Shown here: in pieces, positions 33,901 to 43,649 of the stretch
Layout of the letters: each line of letters opens with the position of its first letter
Position numbering within the stretch: position 1 is the first letter of the stretch
Source: a virus
Lineage: Duplodnaviria > Caudoviricetes
DNA length: 64,000 nt
Direction: 5' to 3' (one strand)
Virus record (IMG/VR): IMGVR_UViG_3300038443_001692
Coordinates: 1 to 64,000 of that record
Made by a program: the position numbers and the translations under genes
Notes under the pieces: model-generated
The model's input: the letters and a program-made list of their open reading frames with translations, nothing else
Told to the model about the DNA's origin: nothing
Databases searched by the model: none

Positions 33901-36900
33901 GACAAAGCCCAGATCGCCTACGACACTGCGCACGCACGCACCGTCTCGGCTATGAACAAGCTGGCCGAGCTGGACACGCGCGAGGAAGAAGTCGCATCGC
34001 TGACGCAGGTGGCCAAGCTGAAGAAGGAAATTGAGAAGCTGCCGTCGCACGTTGAGCCGATTGCCAAGACTGATGCCGCGCGCGAGGCGGCTAAGGCTGC
34101 CAACGAAGGCCTTGCCGCCCTGCGCCAGCAGGAGGTGCTCGAATCGAACGTGATCGATCTGGCCAAGGTGTACGAGAAGGTCCAGAAGGACATCTCCGCG
34201 ACCAAGCTGGATGCGACTAAGGCCGCCCTCGGCGACAAGGACGCTGCGCGCGCTGTGATCGAGCAGCTGCAGGAACAACTGCGCCTGGCGCAGATGCTGT
34301 CCAAGTCCCGCCTGGAGGATGCAAAGTCGGAGAACAAGCGTGGCGAACTGGGCGATCTGCAGCTGATCAACACGACGCTTGCCGAGAACCTTGCTCTGCA
34401 CCAGCGCGCTGTGGATATTGCGAAGCAGGAGCTGGCCGCGGCCGGCCCGCTCAAGCCGGGCCAGCAGGAGAAATACAACAGCCGCATCCAGACTGCCAAA
34501 CAGCAGCTCGTCGACGATCAGGCGACGGCGGCGCGCGCGATCGCGGATCTCTTCGACAAGATGGATACGCAGGAGCTGCAGGCGCGCGCCAAGGCGCTGG
34601 AGAGCAAGGGTCGGCTGGAGGACGCCTACAACCTGACGTGGCAGGCCAAGAACGCCAACCTGATGGCCAATCTGGCGAGTGATATCGCGGATGCCGAGAA
34701 CGCCCAGTACCGTGACCGTCTGGTGCGCTTCCAGCGCTTCATGGAAGACCAGCGTCGGCTGGGCGCGAACGACGCGCGCTTCAAGGAGGGCAAGGAGCAG
34801 TTTGGCAGCGCCGCATCCGCGCTCGACCTGCGGTTGAGCACCATCCAGCAGCAGACCTCCGGACCGGGTTCGAGCCTTGGTGACCAGCTGCAGGGGTTGG
34901 ATGCACAGCGCTCGGCGTACGCCGAATTGATCCCGGCCATGCAGGCCGCGCAAGCGCGCGTCGCCGCTGCGTCGTCCAGCCTATTCGGCGGTGACGACAG
35001 CAAGCTGAAGGAGGCTCAGAACGAGCTGAAGGCGATTCAGGACCGCATGGCCGCGATGCGCAATATCGGCGTCTCTATGGCAGACGCCATCGGCAAGGCC
35101 CTATCGGACGCATTCGGCCAGGGCGGCGCCGCGCTGGCAGGCATGATCAGCGCCACGATGGCGTACGACGCGCGCGTGCAGGCCATCAAGCAGAAGCAGG
35201 CCAGTGATGGCGATGGCGCCGCCGCGGCCCAGGCCATGGCATCGGCCCAGGTCAAGGCGTACGGCGACATGGCCGGCGCTGCGAAGGGCTTCTTCGACAC
35301 CAATTCGAAGGGCTACAAGATCCTGCAGACGACCGAGCAGGCGTTCCGTGCGATCGAGCTGGCTGACGCGGCGGCTGTGATGGCCAAGAAGATCCTGTTC
35401 AAGAGCGCCGAGGTGTCGGCCGTGGTTGCCGGCGACGGCGCCAAGATGACGTCGGGCACGGCCGCGACGGCGGTGGACCTGGTCAATGCTGGCGCCTCGG
35501 CGACGGCTTGGGGCATCGCGGCAGTCGCGCGCGCCATCGAGTCGCTCCCATTCCCTGCGAACCTTGCGGCTGGCGCGGCAACGGCGGCCGCCCTGGTGGC
35601 GCTGGGCGTCAAGATGACGAGCGGCGGTGGCGGCCAGACCGAGGCCCAGAAACAGCAGCAAAATGCCACCGGTACGGTGCTGGGTGATCCGGACGCGAAG
35701 AGCGAGTCGGTTTCGAAATCGCTCGACCTGGTCGAGAAGAACACCTACAACAACCTCGTCGTGGCGCAGGGCATGCTGTCGTCGCTGCGCTCGATCGAGT
35801 CGAACATCAAGGGCTTCGTCAGCCAGCTGTTCAAAGCCGGCGCTGTTGACGGCTCGGCGTTCTCCGCGTCGAATAGTGGTCTGTATGGTGCGCTGAAATC
35901 CGGCTCGGCGACTGGCGCCGGTTCGCTGCTGGGCGCGGGCGCCGGGTATGCGGCTGGCGCAGGCCTGTCGGCTTTCACCGCGCTGGCATCCATCGGTGGT
36001 CCGATCGGTATGGTGATCGGTGCCCTGGCTGGCCGGTATTTTGGTAGCGCGCTGGCGTCGATCTTCGGCGGCAAGCAGACGATCGATGCTTCCGGCTTCA
36101 CGATGAGCTCCTCGACCCTGGGCCAGGTGGCATCCGGCGGCGCCAACGCCATGTCGTACGCCGACATCACGACGTCGGGTGGCTGGTTCCGCGGCAACAG
36201 CCACGACACTAAGACGCAGTCGCTGGGCGCTGACGCCAACCTGCAGATCACGCGCGTGATCACGGGCATGGGTGACGCCATCACGGCGGCCGCCGGCTTG
36301 CTGGGCGAGAGTGGCGCCGACTTCAAGGACAAGCTGAACGGCTTCGTCATCGATATCGGCAAGATCGACCTGAAAGGCCTCTCCAGCGCGGACGCGCAGG
36401 CCAAGGTCGCAGCCGTGTTCTCCAAGCTGGGCGATCAGATGGCGCAGGCAGCATTCGGCGGCCTTGAGCAGTTCCAGCAGGCAGGTGAAGGCTACCTTGA
36501 GACGCTCACGCGCGTGGCCAACGACTATGCCACCATCGACACCGTGTTCAAGTCGTTCGGCACAACGTACGCCGAGGTGGGCACGGCTTCGATCGCCGCG
36601 CGCGAGGAATTGATCAACATGGCCGGCGGCCTGGACAAGTTCACGTCGCAGGCCAGCTGGTTCTTCCAGAACATGCTGACGAAGGCGCAGCAGACCGCGG
36701 CAACGAGCGCAGCGATCAACCCGACCCTTGCGAAATACGGTCTGTCGACGCAGGGTGCTGACGCCGTCCAGAAGTTCACTGACCTGACCATCGCGATGGG
36801 TGCGATGGGCAGCGCCGGCGCGACCGCGTACACCGAGCTGATGAGCATCGCGCAGGCGTTCAAGTCGGTCACCGACGTGACCAAGAGCCTGCAGGACCAG

Positions 36901-38187
36901 ATCGACGAACTGACCTTGTCGCAGGCCGAGAAGGATGCTGCCGCGCGTGCTCAGCTGGATCCCTCCAACCAGGGTCTGTACGATGAACTGGTAAAGGCCA
37001 AGGCCGTGGCCCAGGCCAAGCAGGAGCTGCTCAGCGCGTACCAGAGCGAGAGCTCGGCGATCCAGAGCACGATCGACCGCCTGAAGTCGCTCAGCCAGTC
37101 GCTGCGCAACTTCGTGAACGGCCTACAGATCGGCAACATGTCGCCGCTGAATCCGGCCGACCAGTACGGCGCGGCGCGGTCGCAGTTCGAGGCCACCCTG
37201 GCCAAGGCCAAGTCTGGCGACATCGCGGCGCAGGGCAACCTGCAGACGGCTGCCCAGGCGTTCCTGACGGCGTCGAAGGCGGCCAATGCCTCCAACAGCA
37301 CGTACCAGTCGGACTACCAGCGCGTTGTAGCCACCGTGACGTCGATGGCCGACAAGGCCGATAGCCAAGTCACGACGGCACAGACCAGCCTGGCTCTGCT
37401 GAACCAGCAAGTCTCGCAGCTGATCAAGATCGACACGAGCGTGACGACGGTGGTGGACGCCATCAACAACCTTGCGGTGGTCCTGTCGAACGGCAAGGAC
37501 ACGGGCACCAACACGGTGTCGCTGACCTCGCTGTACCAGAGCCTGTTGGGCCGCGCACCGGATCAGGCCGGCCTGGATTACTGGAACAAGCAGCTGCAAA
37601 GCGGTGTGTCGCTGTCGGACATCATCGCGGCGATGAAGAACTCGTCCGAGTACGTCAACCACTCGACCACGACGACCCCGACCACGGTCGTCACGCCCAG
37701 CACGAACACCGGCACGGCCCTCGGCAACGTCAACCCGACCAGCAACTCGTCGGCGATCTCGGCGCTGTACCAGAGCCTGCTGGGCCGCTCGCCCGACCAA
37801 GCCGGCCTGGACTACTGGGTCAAGCAGATGCAGAGTGGGACCACGCTGGCGTCGATCACGGCGGCCATCAAGAGCTCGTCCGAGTACCAGAGCCATGCCG
37901 GCACGGGCACGATGAGCTCTACCAGCGCCAGTGTCGCTCCGGCTGTTCCTGTGACGAAGGACACCTATGCCAGCTCGACGGCGCAGACGGCCGCTATCGT
38001 CGCGCAGCTGACGACCCTGAACAAGCAGGTGACCGAACTGCGCACCGAGCAGCAAACCCAGGCTGACCACCAGACCAGCGCGACGATGACGGCCGCAGCA
38101 AACAATTCGGCAAAAGTGGCAGATGCTGTTACAATTGCCAGCCAGAAAGCTTCCTGGTCGGCAAAATCTGCGGTCGCACTCCGATGA
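30973..38187 (+). CDS. tail tape measure protein (TP901-type core) with two C-terminal DUF4214-like motifs
   Basis: about 2400 aa, Ala-rich and helical; TP901-like segment; follows the G/GT chaperones. Confidence 0.95.
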   Translation: MSDNIDIPVTASGDDDVNRVTSAVDRLTAAMERLGSNSALDRLAEQMQLMQATMVTGFANLAATSDKMLQALAGRQVAAIEAGAEKATAAIEAAGLRMKAADARTWEQFGRGSAANVTAAFYQLAKDIPVEAVEARFGQMATSMAQGLDGQLAKLRQFQENAKSLYLTDYKPMAGATKADNIIDLAKEEELAVRWERMLEEQRDKVLAGEALFDATVAKMGAERVAQRALDLAREEEIAVRWERMLEEQRDKVLAGEALFNATVAKLDAERVGQRALDAAREEEIAARWETMLQAQRDKELEGEAVFNRAVAKLQADRLAAAEAAAERQRTLNTNYLTASPAAQVRTATQAQTYAQLGGDAAARYGSAAAGADALAAAEARLATSSRGAAAAQLEMDGVLRQVEGAFRGAAHEAGIYGLHHGQLIALLAGGAVAAGLHHIAETGAEVEFQLASLNALAGSMTKVDLNQFVAITSGTMTSLTDAAEGVHALAQAGLDQKAAYAALPDVMRLASLGEMTVAQSAEMAVESMHAFGKSITDLGAIGDILVAVGSKANVSVHTLAEDMKSAAVTGAMFNLNMEEITATVGALAERGLTIQPLSSALMKLYEPSDKTAKAMQALGLSTKDASGNLKTYTVFMEELAEKVAQFKVPADIFKQLGMSSRDSKAIEVMTQDFEGYKHLLHEAQDAHGKMFDAMTAKEDTVEGTWKRLGSTVQGSLVTAFDNASPALQHLEEELLRVTGVGSDFQKSLSAIVAGFARLAETVVTGIGPLAALAGAYVALRVISSAATWTAEFAAAQRLQAEASLAGAAALRTESTQLELFAAAENAAAAGGARLALTTTEVAAGARLLASAFGWISLAVVGVTTAIDLMGGAMTENEREHLKQQNTYDTTSDAITREIERLKGLEDQLRKTGETGTAAAAAVMLSFAQMEEGNAKADLEKAKLAAPKITATTGMSMVGGLAPTVSADVTVRQAALDKAQIAYDTAHARTVSAMNKLAELDTREEEVASLTQVAKLKKEIEKLPSHVEPIAKTDAAREAAKAANEGLAALRQQEVLESNVIDLAKVYEKVQKDISATKLDATKAALGDKDAARAVIEQLQEQLRLAQMLSKSRLEDAKSENKRGELGDLQLINTTLAENLALHQRAVDIAKQELAAAGPLKPGQQEKYNSRIQTAKQQLVDDQATAARAIADLFDKMDTQELQARAKALESKGRLEDAYNLTWQAKNANLMANLASDIADAENAQYRDRLVRFQRFMEDQRRLGANDARFKEGKEQFGSAASALDLRLSTIQQQTSGPGSSLGDQLQGLDAQRSAYAELIPAMQAAQARVAAASSSLFGGDDSKLKEAQNELKAIQDRMAAMRNIGVSMADAIGKALSDAFGQGGAALAGMISATMAYDARVQAIKQKQASDGDGAAAAQAMASAQVKAYGDMAGAAKGFFDTNSKGYKILQTTEQAFRAIELADAAAVMAKKILFKSAEVSAVVAGDGAKMTSGTAATAVDLVNAGASATAWGIAAVARAIESLPFPANLAAGAATAAALVALGVKMTSGGGGQTEAQKQQQNATGTVLGDPDAKSESVSKSLDLVEKNTYNNLVVAQGMLSSLRSIESNIKGFVSQLFKAGAVDGSAFSASNSGLYGALKSGSATGAGSLLGAGAGYAAGAGLSAFTALASIGGPIGMVIGALAGRYFGSALASIFGGKQTIDASGFTMSSSTLGQVASGGANAMSYADITTSGGWFRGNSHDTKTQSLGADANLQITRVITGMGDAITAAAGLLGESGADFKDKLNGFVIDIGKIDLKGLSSADAQAKVAAVFSKLGDQMAQAAFGGLEQFQQAGEGYLETLTRVANDYATIDTVFKSFGTTYAEVGTASIAAREELINMAGGLDKFTSQASWFFQNMLTKAQQTAATSAAINPTLAKYGLSTQGADAVQKFTDLTIAMGAMGSAGATAYTELMSIAQAFKSVTDVTKSLQDQIDELTLSQAEKDAAARAQLDPSNQGLYDELVKAKAVAQAKQELLSAYQSESSAIQSTIDRLKSLSQSLRNFVNGLQIGNMSPLNPADQYGAARSQFEATLAKAKSGDIAAQGNLQTAAQAFLTASKAANASNSTYQSDYQRVVATVTSMADKADSQVTTAQTSLALLNQQVSQLIKIDTSVTTVVDAINNLAVVLSNGKDTGTNTVSLTSLYQSLLGRAPDQAGLDYWNKQLQSGVSLSDIIAAMKNSSEYVNHSTTTTPTTVVTPSTNTGTALGNVNPTSNSSAISALYQSLLGRSPDQAGLDYWVKQMQSGTTLASITAAIKSSSEYQSHAGTGTMSSTSASVAPAVPVTKDTYASSTAQTAAIVAQLTTLNKQVTELRTEQQTQADHQTSATMTAAANNSAKVADAVTIASQKASWSAKSAVALR
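31522..31944 (+). repeat. three 141-nt (47-aa) tandem repeats in the tape measure gene
   Basis: DLA(K/R)EEE(L/I)AVRWERMLEEQRDKVLAGEALF units start at 31522, 31663, 31804. Confidence 0.9.
38107..38135 (+). promoter_or_regulatory. sigma70-like promoter inside the tape measure 3' end
   Basis: TCGGCA-17-TACAAT in a locally AT-richer patch. Confidence 0.45.
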
Positions 38188-39680
38188 CAAATGATCAATA
38201 CATCGCCTGGCTTAACGATCCCACTGCCATCCGTGTGGTGCTGGTGGAGGCCGTCGCCAATGTGTCCGGCGTCGACACGACTTTCTACCTGTCGACGCGC
38301 CCCTTCGTGAGCCAGGCGAGCGACACGCCGGCCAGTCAGCCGTATCGTGCCGTGCTGATCGAGGACGACCTGGAGACGACGGAAAGGCTGACGCTTGACG
38401 GCAACGCCACGATGAACGTTGGCGACGTCGGCATCGCCAATGACGACGGTGCGTTTGACGCATGGCTGACCTACGTCTGGACCAACCGGCCTATCAAGAT
38501 CCTGATCGGCGATGTGCGCTGGGCGCGCAGCGATTTCCAGCCGGCGTTCACTGGCGTCACGGCTGACATCGGTAACAAGTCGCGCGAGACGATTGGCTTG
38601 AAGGTGCGCGACAACCTGGAGCGCCTGAACGCGGCCATCACCGAGCACTTGTTGGGTGGTACGGGTGCCAACCAGGGGTCGATCGTGCCTGCCGTGTTCG
38701 GCGAGGTGGTCAACATGACGCCGCTCCTGATCGACTCGTCCACGCTGCAATACCAGGTGCACGACGGTCCGATCAACGGTCTGATCGAGGTTCGCGACAA
38801 TGGCGTGCCGATCGCCAACGATACGATCGGCTGGGCCGCGGTGACGCGGGACCTTGTGCACGGCACGTTCCGCCTTGCCAGCCCGCCGGCCGGCACTATC
38901 ACGGTCTCGCTGCAGGGCGAGGCCTATGGCGGCTACGTCAACACGGTGGCCAGCATCGTCAAGCGCATTGTGAAGAACTGGGGCTATGGCGGCAACCGAT
39001 TCGTCGACAGCGAGATCGATCTTGCCAACTTCGTCGCGTTTGACCAGGCGCATCTGCAGGTCGTGGGTGTGGCGGTTACCGGCAGCACCAATACGATCTC
39101 GGTGATCCAGCAGGTGACAGGCGCGATACAGGCGCAACTGACCACCTCGCGCGCCGGCTTGCTCCAGCTGCAGCAGATCGATTTCTCGAGCCTGTCGCCG
39201 ACCTTCGACATCACGACGCAGCACATGGTCGAGCACACCCTGTTCCCCGCCTCCCGCGAGCTGGTGCAGGGCGCCGTATTGCTGTCGTTCTGCCAGAACC
39301 TGACGCAGCAGGCCGGCCTGCAGACCAGTCTGCCGGCTGAGGCCCTGTCCCTGATGGGCATGCCCTACCAGACCGTGCTGGCGCAGGACGCCACGACCAA
39401 GTCGACATACAAGCTGACGATGGAGCCGACGCGCGAGGACACCTTCCTGGTGTCGCGCACCGACGCGACGAACGAAGCCCTGCGCCGACTGAACATCCGC
39501 AAGGTGCCGCGCACGACGTATCAGTTCGATGGCTTTGCCGCGCTGTTCCAGCTGCAGCTGGGCCAGGCCGTGCGCCTATTCCACCCTCGATTCAATCTCG
39601 CCGTCGGCGTCACCGGCCTGGTCGTCTCGATGACGACGAAGTGGGCCGTCGGTCGCACCACCGTAGGAGTAATGGCTTAA
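38184..39680 (+). CDS. tail tip / hub protein
   Basis: 498 aa right after the tape measure gene; P..FG...N.TP and V.EVRDNG motifs. Confidence 0.75.
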   Translation: MTNDQYIAWLNDPTAIRVVLVEAVANVSGVDTTFYLSTRPFVSQASDTPASQPYRAVLIEDDLETTERLTLDGNATMNVGDVGIANDDGAFDAWLTYVWTNRPIKILIGDVRWARSDFQPAFTGVTADIGNKSRETIGLKVRDNLERLNAAITEHLLGGTGANQGSIVPAVFGEVVNMTPLLIDSSTLQYQVHDGPINGLIEVRDNGVPIANDTIGWAAVTRDLVHGTFRLASPPAGTITVSLQGEAYGGYVNTVASIVKRIVKNWGYGGNRFVDSEIDLANFVAFDQAHLQVVGVAVTGSTNTISVIQQVTGAIQAQLTTSRAGLLQLQQIDFSSLSPTFDITTQHMVEHTLFPASRELVQGAVLLSFCQNLTQQAGLQTSLPAEALSLMGMPYQTVLAQDATTKSTYKLTMEPTREDTFLVSRTDATNEALRRLNIRKVPRTTYQFDGFAALFQLQLGQAVRLFHPRFNLAVGVTGLVVSMTTKWAVGRTTVGVMA

Positions 39681-42529
39681 TGGTCGCGCCAGTCAACGAA
39701 TTCGACAAAATCCTGCAGGCCGAGACCTCGCGCACGCTCGCCGCGCGCGGCGGCATCATCCTGTCCACGACAGCCAACACGGTGCTGGTCGACGGCACCG
39801 GCGCCGGCACGCCGTCGATCATCACGCTCAAGGCTACGCCGCTGGTAGTGGCTGGCAGCGTGACCTGGGCGACGTCGCCGACGGTGCCGCTGACGATCGA
39901 TTCGACCGGCCTGATTGCGACCCTGCACTTCGCGGACATGGGCTCAAGCAGCATCGCCGTGACGGTGACGCTGGTATCGAACGGGCTCACGTACACCGAT
40001 TCGAAGACGGTCGGCCAGGTCCGCATCGGCAGCCTTGGGTATCAGGGCGCGCTGGACGCCACTCGCAATAACACCGCCCAGGGTCTGCTGTCAGCGCGCC
40101 CCGCCGGTGCTGACGGCGACTTTTATTTCGCGACCGACGCACTGACCCTGTACCAGAAGCTGAGTGGCACTTGGCAGGTGGCTGGCAACAACTTCACGAA
40201 CACGAACCAACTGACCGATGGTGCCAACCTGGGCGGCACCGCGGTGTGGACTGGCGTGTCAGGCACGGGCAAGCCGTCCGACAACGCGTCAGCGGACCTT
40301 GTGCTGACGGGTCGTGGTGTAACGGTGGTGGGTAACACGCTCACTCGTACCAACGCTGCGAGCGGTAACTGGGACGCTGACGCATATTCGCAAGACAGCT
40401 TCACAGGGGGTGCGTTTGCCAGCGCGACTGCGGTCGGCACCACTTCCCTGATGTTCGGCCTGAACAGCGATCCTGTGACGGATGCCAACTACACTAGCCT
40501 GGATTACGCAATTTACCTGCGCGTAGATAACGCTGTCGAGGTGTATGAGAGCAACGCGGCGTCTGGCGCCTTGACGACCTATGTGGCCGGCGATGTGTTT
40601 GCCGTGGTCTACGATGGCTCGTCGGTCCGGTACCTGAAGAACGGGGCAGTGTTCTACACGTCGAATTCGGCGGCATCGAGGGTGCCCGGTCAACGCTTGT
40701 TTTTTGACAGCTCGTTCAACGCGACAGGGTCCTCCATCCGAAACGTGCGCTTCGGGCCGCTGACGTCTAACAACTGGGCGGACGTGGGCGGTACGGGCAA
40801 GCCTGCGGACAACGCCAGTGCCGACCTTGTGCTGATCGGGCGTGGCGTAGTCGTCACCGGCAACAGCGCCACCAAGGCGTCTGGTAACCCGAACTGGGAC
40901 TCTGACGCTTATTCGAAGGACAGCTTCACGGGCGGGGCCTATGCGTCGATTGCTGCGGCTGACACGACCAGCCGCGTGATGTTCGGCCTGAACAGCGATC
41001 CCGTTACGGATAGCAGCTATTCCAGCCTGGATTACGCGCTGTACTTCGACACCACCACAACACCGCTTGTGGTGAGTGTCTACGAAAGTGGCACCTTCAA
41101 GGCATCGTTCGGTGCGTGGGTTGCTGGAGACGTATATGCCATCCTGTACGACGGCTCCAGTGTCAAGTACCTCAAGAATGGCGCGGTGTTTTACACCTCG
41201 ACATCCACAACGGCTGGTAACCCGAACCAGACGTTCTTTTTCGACAGCTCATTCTTTAATGTGGGGGCTGTGATGAAAAACATCCGCTTCGGCCCCCTGT
41301 CTTCGAACAACTGGACGAGTATTGGCGGCATCGGCAAGCCTGCGGACAACGCCAGTTCCGACCTTGTGCTGATAGGCCGCAACGTCACAGTGACCGGCAA
41401 CAGCGGAGTCAAAACCGGAGGCTCGAACGGTCTCTGGGACGCTGACCTGTACAGCAAGGACAGCTTCACCGGAGGTGCCTTCGCCTCGGCGTCACCAGCA
41501 GTGGCGACCGATTCTATGATGTTCGGGCTGAACAGCGATCCGGTAACCGATTCGAGCTATACCAGCATCGACTATGCGATCTACCTGGACGGGGGAACCA
41601 GTTCAGCTCTCCGGGTCTATGAAGGTGGCAGTTTGGCGGGCACTTTCGGTACGTACGCGGCCGGGGATGTGCTCGCGGTCGTCTACGACGGGTCCTCCGT
41701 CAAGTACCTGAAGAACGGCGCGGTGGTCTACACCTCGATCCTTGCCGCCTCGTTCCAACCCAATCAGGTCCTCTATTTCGACAGCTCGTTTGCCAACCTC
41801 AACGGGAAACTCAATAACATCCGCTTCGGCCCGCTGTCGTCTAACAACTGGCTGACGATTGGCGGCCGCCCGCAGGACGGCAACAACCTTGTGCTTAAGC
41901 CCACGTTCGAGGACGGGGCCATTGGTGACTGGGACGGCGGCCCTATCGTAACCGTGACCGGGCAGGCTTTTACGAAAGCACTGCAGGTCAGCGCCAGGGA
42001 CAGCTACGCGAACAACAGCGGATTTCCTGTGAACGTGGGCGAGACACTGTATGCCGAGGCCTGGCTGGACGCGTCCACCGCAAACTACACTTTGAATTTC
42101 GGCCTCTATTTTGTCAAAGCCGACGGCACCTACGTCACCTGGATAGCTATGGTCGCGAGGAACGCCGGGTCAGGCTGGGCATTCGGCGCTGGCTCGTGCA
42201 CGGTTCCGGCCAACGCTGTCAAGGCTTACCCTTGGGTACAAATAAGTGGCTCCAGCAGCCTCGGAACCGGTCGGGCAACCCTGCTACGAGTCAGCCGCTT
42301 TCAGTCCGGCGCGACCGTTGGCGCCACGTTGGGCTCGAACGTCAACGGCCAGATCACAGGCAGCAACGCCAGCAGCCTGATGAACATCCCGAACCTTGGG
42401 GTAATGTCCTCGTCTGGCACGTTCCGGACTGCATCATCTGGCGGCCGAGTGGAAATCGCCGATAACGTGATCAAGGTATATGACTCCAGCAACGGCTTGC
42501 GCGTAAAAATCGGAAACCTTTCGCTATGA
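39680..42529 (+). CDS. central tail fibre / receptor-binding protein with three repeated beta-sandwich domains
   Basis: three 176-179-aa repeats, a CBM-like domain, and a J-like C-terminus RVEI..NVIKVYD..NGLRVKIG. Confidence 0.85.
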   Translation: MVAPVNEFDKILQAETSRTLAARGGIILSTTANTVLVDGTGAGTPSIITLKATPLVVAGSVTWATSPTVPLTIDSTGLIATLHFADMGSSSIAVTVTLVSNGLTYTDSKTVGQVRIGSLGYQGALDATRNNTAQGLLSARPAGADGDFYFATDALTLYQKLSGTWQVAGNNFTNTNQLTDGANLGGTAVWTGVSGTGKPSDNASADLVLTGRGVTVVGNTLTRTNAASGNWDADAYSQDSFTGGAFASATAVGTTSLMFGLNSDPVTDANYTSLDYAIYLRVDNAVEVYESNAASGALTTYVAGDVFAVVYDGSSVRYLKNGAVFYTSNSAASRVPGQRLFFDSSFNATGSSIRNVRFGPLTSNNWADVGGTGKPADNASADLVLIGRGVVVTGNSATKASGNPNWDSDAYSKDSFTGGAYASIAAADTTSRVMFGLNSDPVTDSSYSSLDYALYFDTTTTPLVVSVYESGTFKASFGAWVAGDVYAILYDGSSVKYLKNGAVFYTSTSTTAGNPNQTFFFDSSFFNVGAVMKNIRFGPLSSNNWTSIGGIGKPADNASSDLVLIGRNVTVTGNSGVKTGGSNGLWDADLYSKDSFTGGAFASASPAVATDSMMFGLNSDPVTDSSYTSIDYAIYLDGGTSSALRVYEGGSLAGTFGTYAAGDVLAVVYDGSSVKYLKNGAVVYTSILAASFQPNQVLYFDSSFANLNGKLNNIRFGPLSSNNWLTIGGRPQDGNNLVLKPTFEDGAIGDWDGGPIVTVTGQAFTKALQVSARDSYANNSGFPVNVGETLYAEAWLDASTANYTLNFGLYFVKADGTYVTWIAMVARNAGSGWAFGAGSCTVPANAVKAYPWVQISGSSSLGTGRATLLRVSRFQSGATVGATLGSNVNGQITGSNASSLMNIPNLGVMSSSGTFRTASSGGRVEIADNVIKVYDSSNGLRVKIGNLSL
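40262..41863 (+). repeat. three tandem 528-537-nt domain repeats
   Basis: GxGKPxDNA units start at 40262, 40790, 41327. Confidence 0.9.
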
Positions 42530-43641
42530 CATTCGGAACTGAAACCTACCGTGCAAATGGTAGCACCATTATGTCAGGTGCCAATAAGCCAGGTATTTTT
42601 ATCGAGAACATGGTAATTGCATACAGCAGCGCTAGCGGGAGTAAGACATACAGTCAAATTCCTGCTGGGTCTATGTATATCCTGATCATGAGTTCGGGAG
42701 GTCAGTTCTCGGTCACAATCAGTGATGACGGTGCAGGCCACGCCAAGCTAGTGTGGACGAAGGTATCGAGCACGAGCCCCTACCTGAATTCAACCGCCGC
42801 CACCCAAGTGCTGGTATTCGCTAAAAAGCTGACGCAAAGCGAAACCTACGGTATTCTGCTGTATAACGACGATGGTGATCAGCTTACGGATTTTAATTAT
42901 CCAGTTCCGCAATACATCACGACTCTGCAGCCGGCAGCCACCCCGGCTTTTAACTCCTACTGCAATGGAAATGACGTTGTTGCCCGGCACGATCACACGG
43001 TCGTGCTCAATTCGGCCACCACCCGCAATCGATTCGTGGTAGTGAATCTGCCGGACTCCACTAGCGCAGACATCTGGTACTCCTGCACGTCGTTTGTTCC
43101 GGCAGGATCAAGCAACGTCACCCTAACCCTGACCATCGTGCGCCCGAGAGGCACAGCCTACCAGGTGCCCACCCTGCATGTGTTTGCGCTGGATGGCCCG
43201 ACCAGCGGAGGTGGTACATACGGAAACCAGTATTTCAAGTCCGACGGGTCGCTTGTGTACGACTCTTCTGCGGAGAATGTATCTATCTCCGCTATCCAGA
43301 ATATCGACTATCCGCCATCGCTGGCGGTACAGACGTATCCCATGGTTCTGCCTTCGACTCCCGGATTGGCGGTCCCATATTACGAGCAAGATGACTGGGT
43401 GGATTATGCCGAGCCGGATATCAATGGAAACATTGGATATTTTTCGGTGAAGCGCGGCCTTATGCAGCGCAAGGGGTCGACCATCTATACTAAGCTGTAC
43501 GAGATTCGCGAGGATCTGCGCAGCGGAGGCAATACGTTTAATTCTAAATCCGGCCTGAGCCCGAACTTCACGCTTGCCATTGATATCTCTCAGCAGAGCC
43601 CGAGCAGCGTAACCGGCACCCCACCCACCTCTTACCAATAA
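42526..43641 (+). CDS. tail-tip accessory protein
   Basis: recurring (F/Y)G...(Y/F)..DG subdomain starts; lower GC; follows the J-like gene. Confidence 0.7.
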   Translation: MTFGTETYRANGSTIMSGANKPGIFIENMVIAYSSASGSKTYSQIPAGSMYILIMSSGGQFSVTISDDGAGHAKLVWTKVSSTSPYLNSTAATQVLVFAKKLTQSETYGILLYNDDGDQLTDFNYPVPQYITTLQPAATPAFNSYCNGNDVVARHDHTVVLNSATTRNRFVVVNLPDSTSADIWYSCTSFVPAGSSNVTLTLTIVRPRGTAYQVPTLHVFALDGPTSGGGTYGNQYFKSDGSLVYDSSAENVSISAIQNIDYPPSLAVQTYPMVLPSTPGLAVPYYEQDDWVDYAEPDINGNIGYFSVKRGLMQRKGSTIYTKLYEIREDLRSGGNTFNSKSGLSPNFTLAIDISQQSPSSVTGTPPTSYQ

Positions 43642-43649
43642 GGATTATC

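Noticed and set aside
30955-34953. 1332-aa minus-strand ORF
   Set aside because: Antisense shadow of the tape measure gene, caused by GC-rich codon bias
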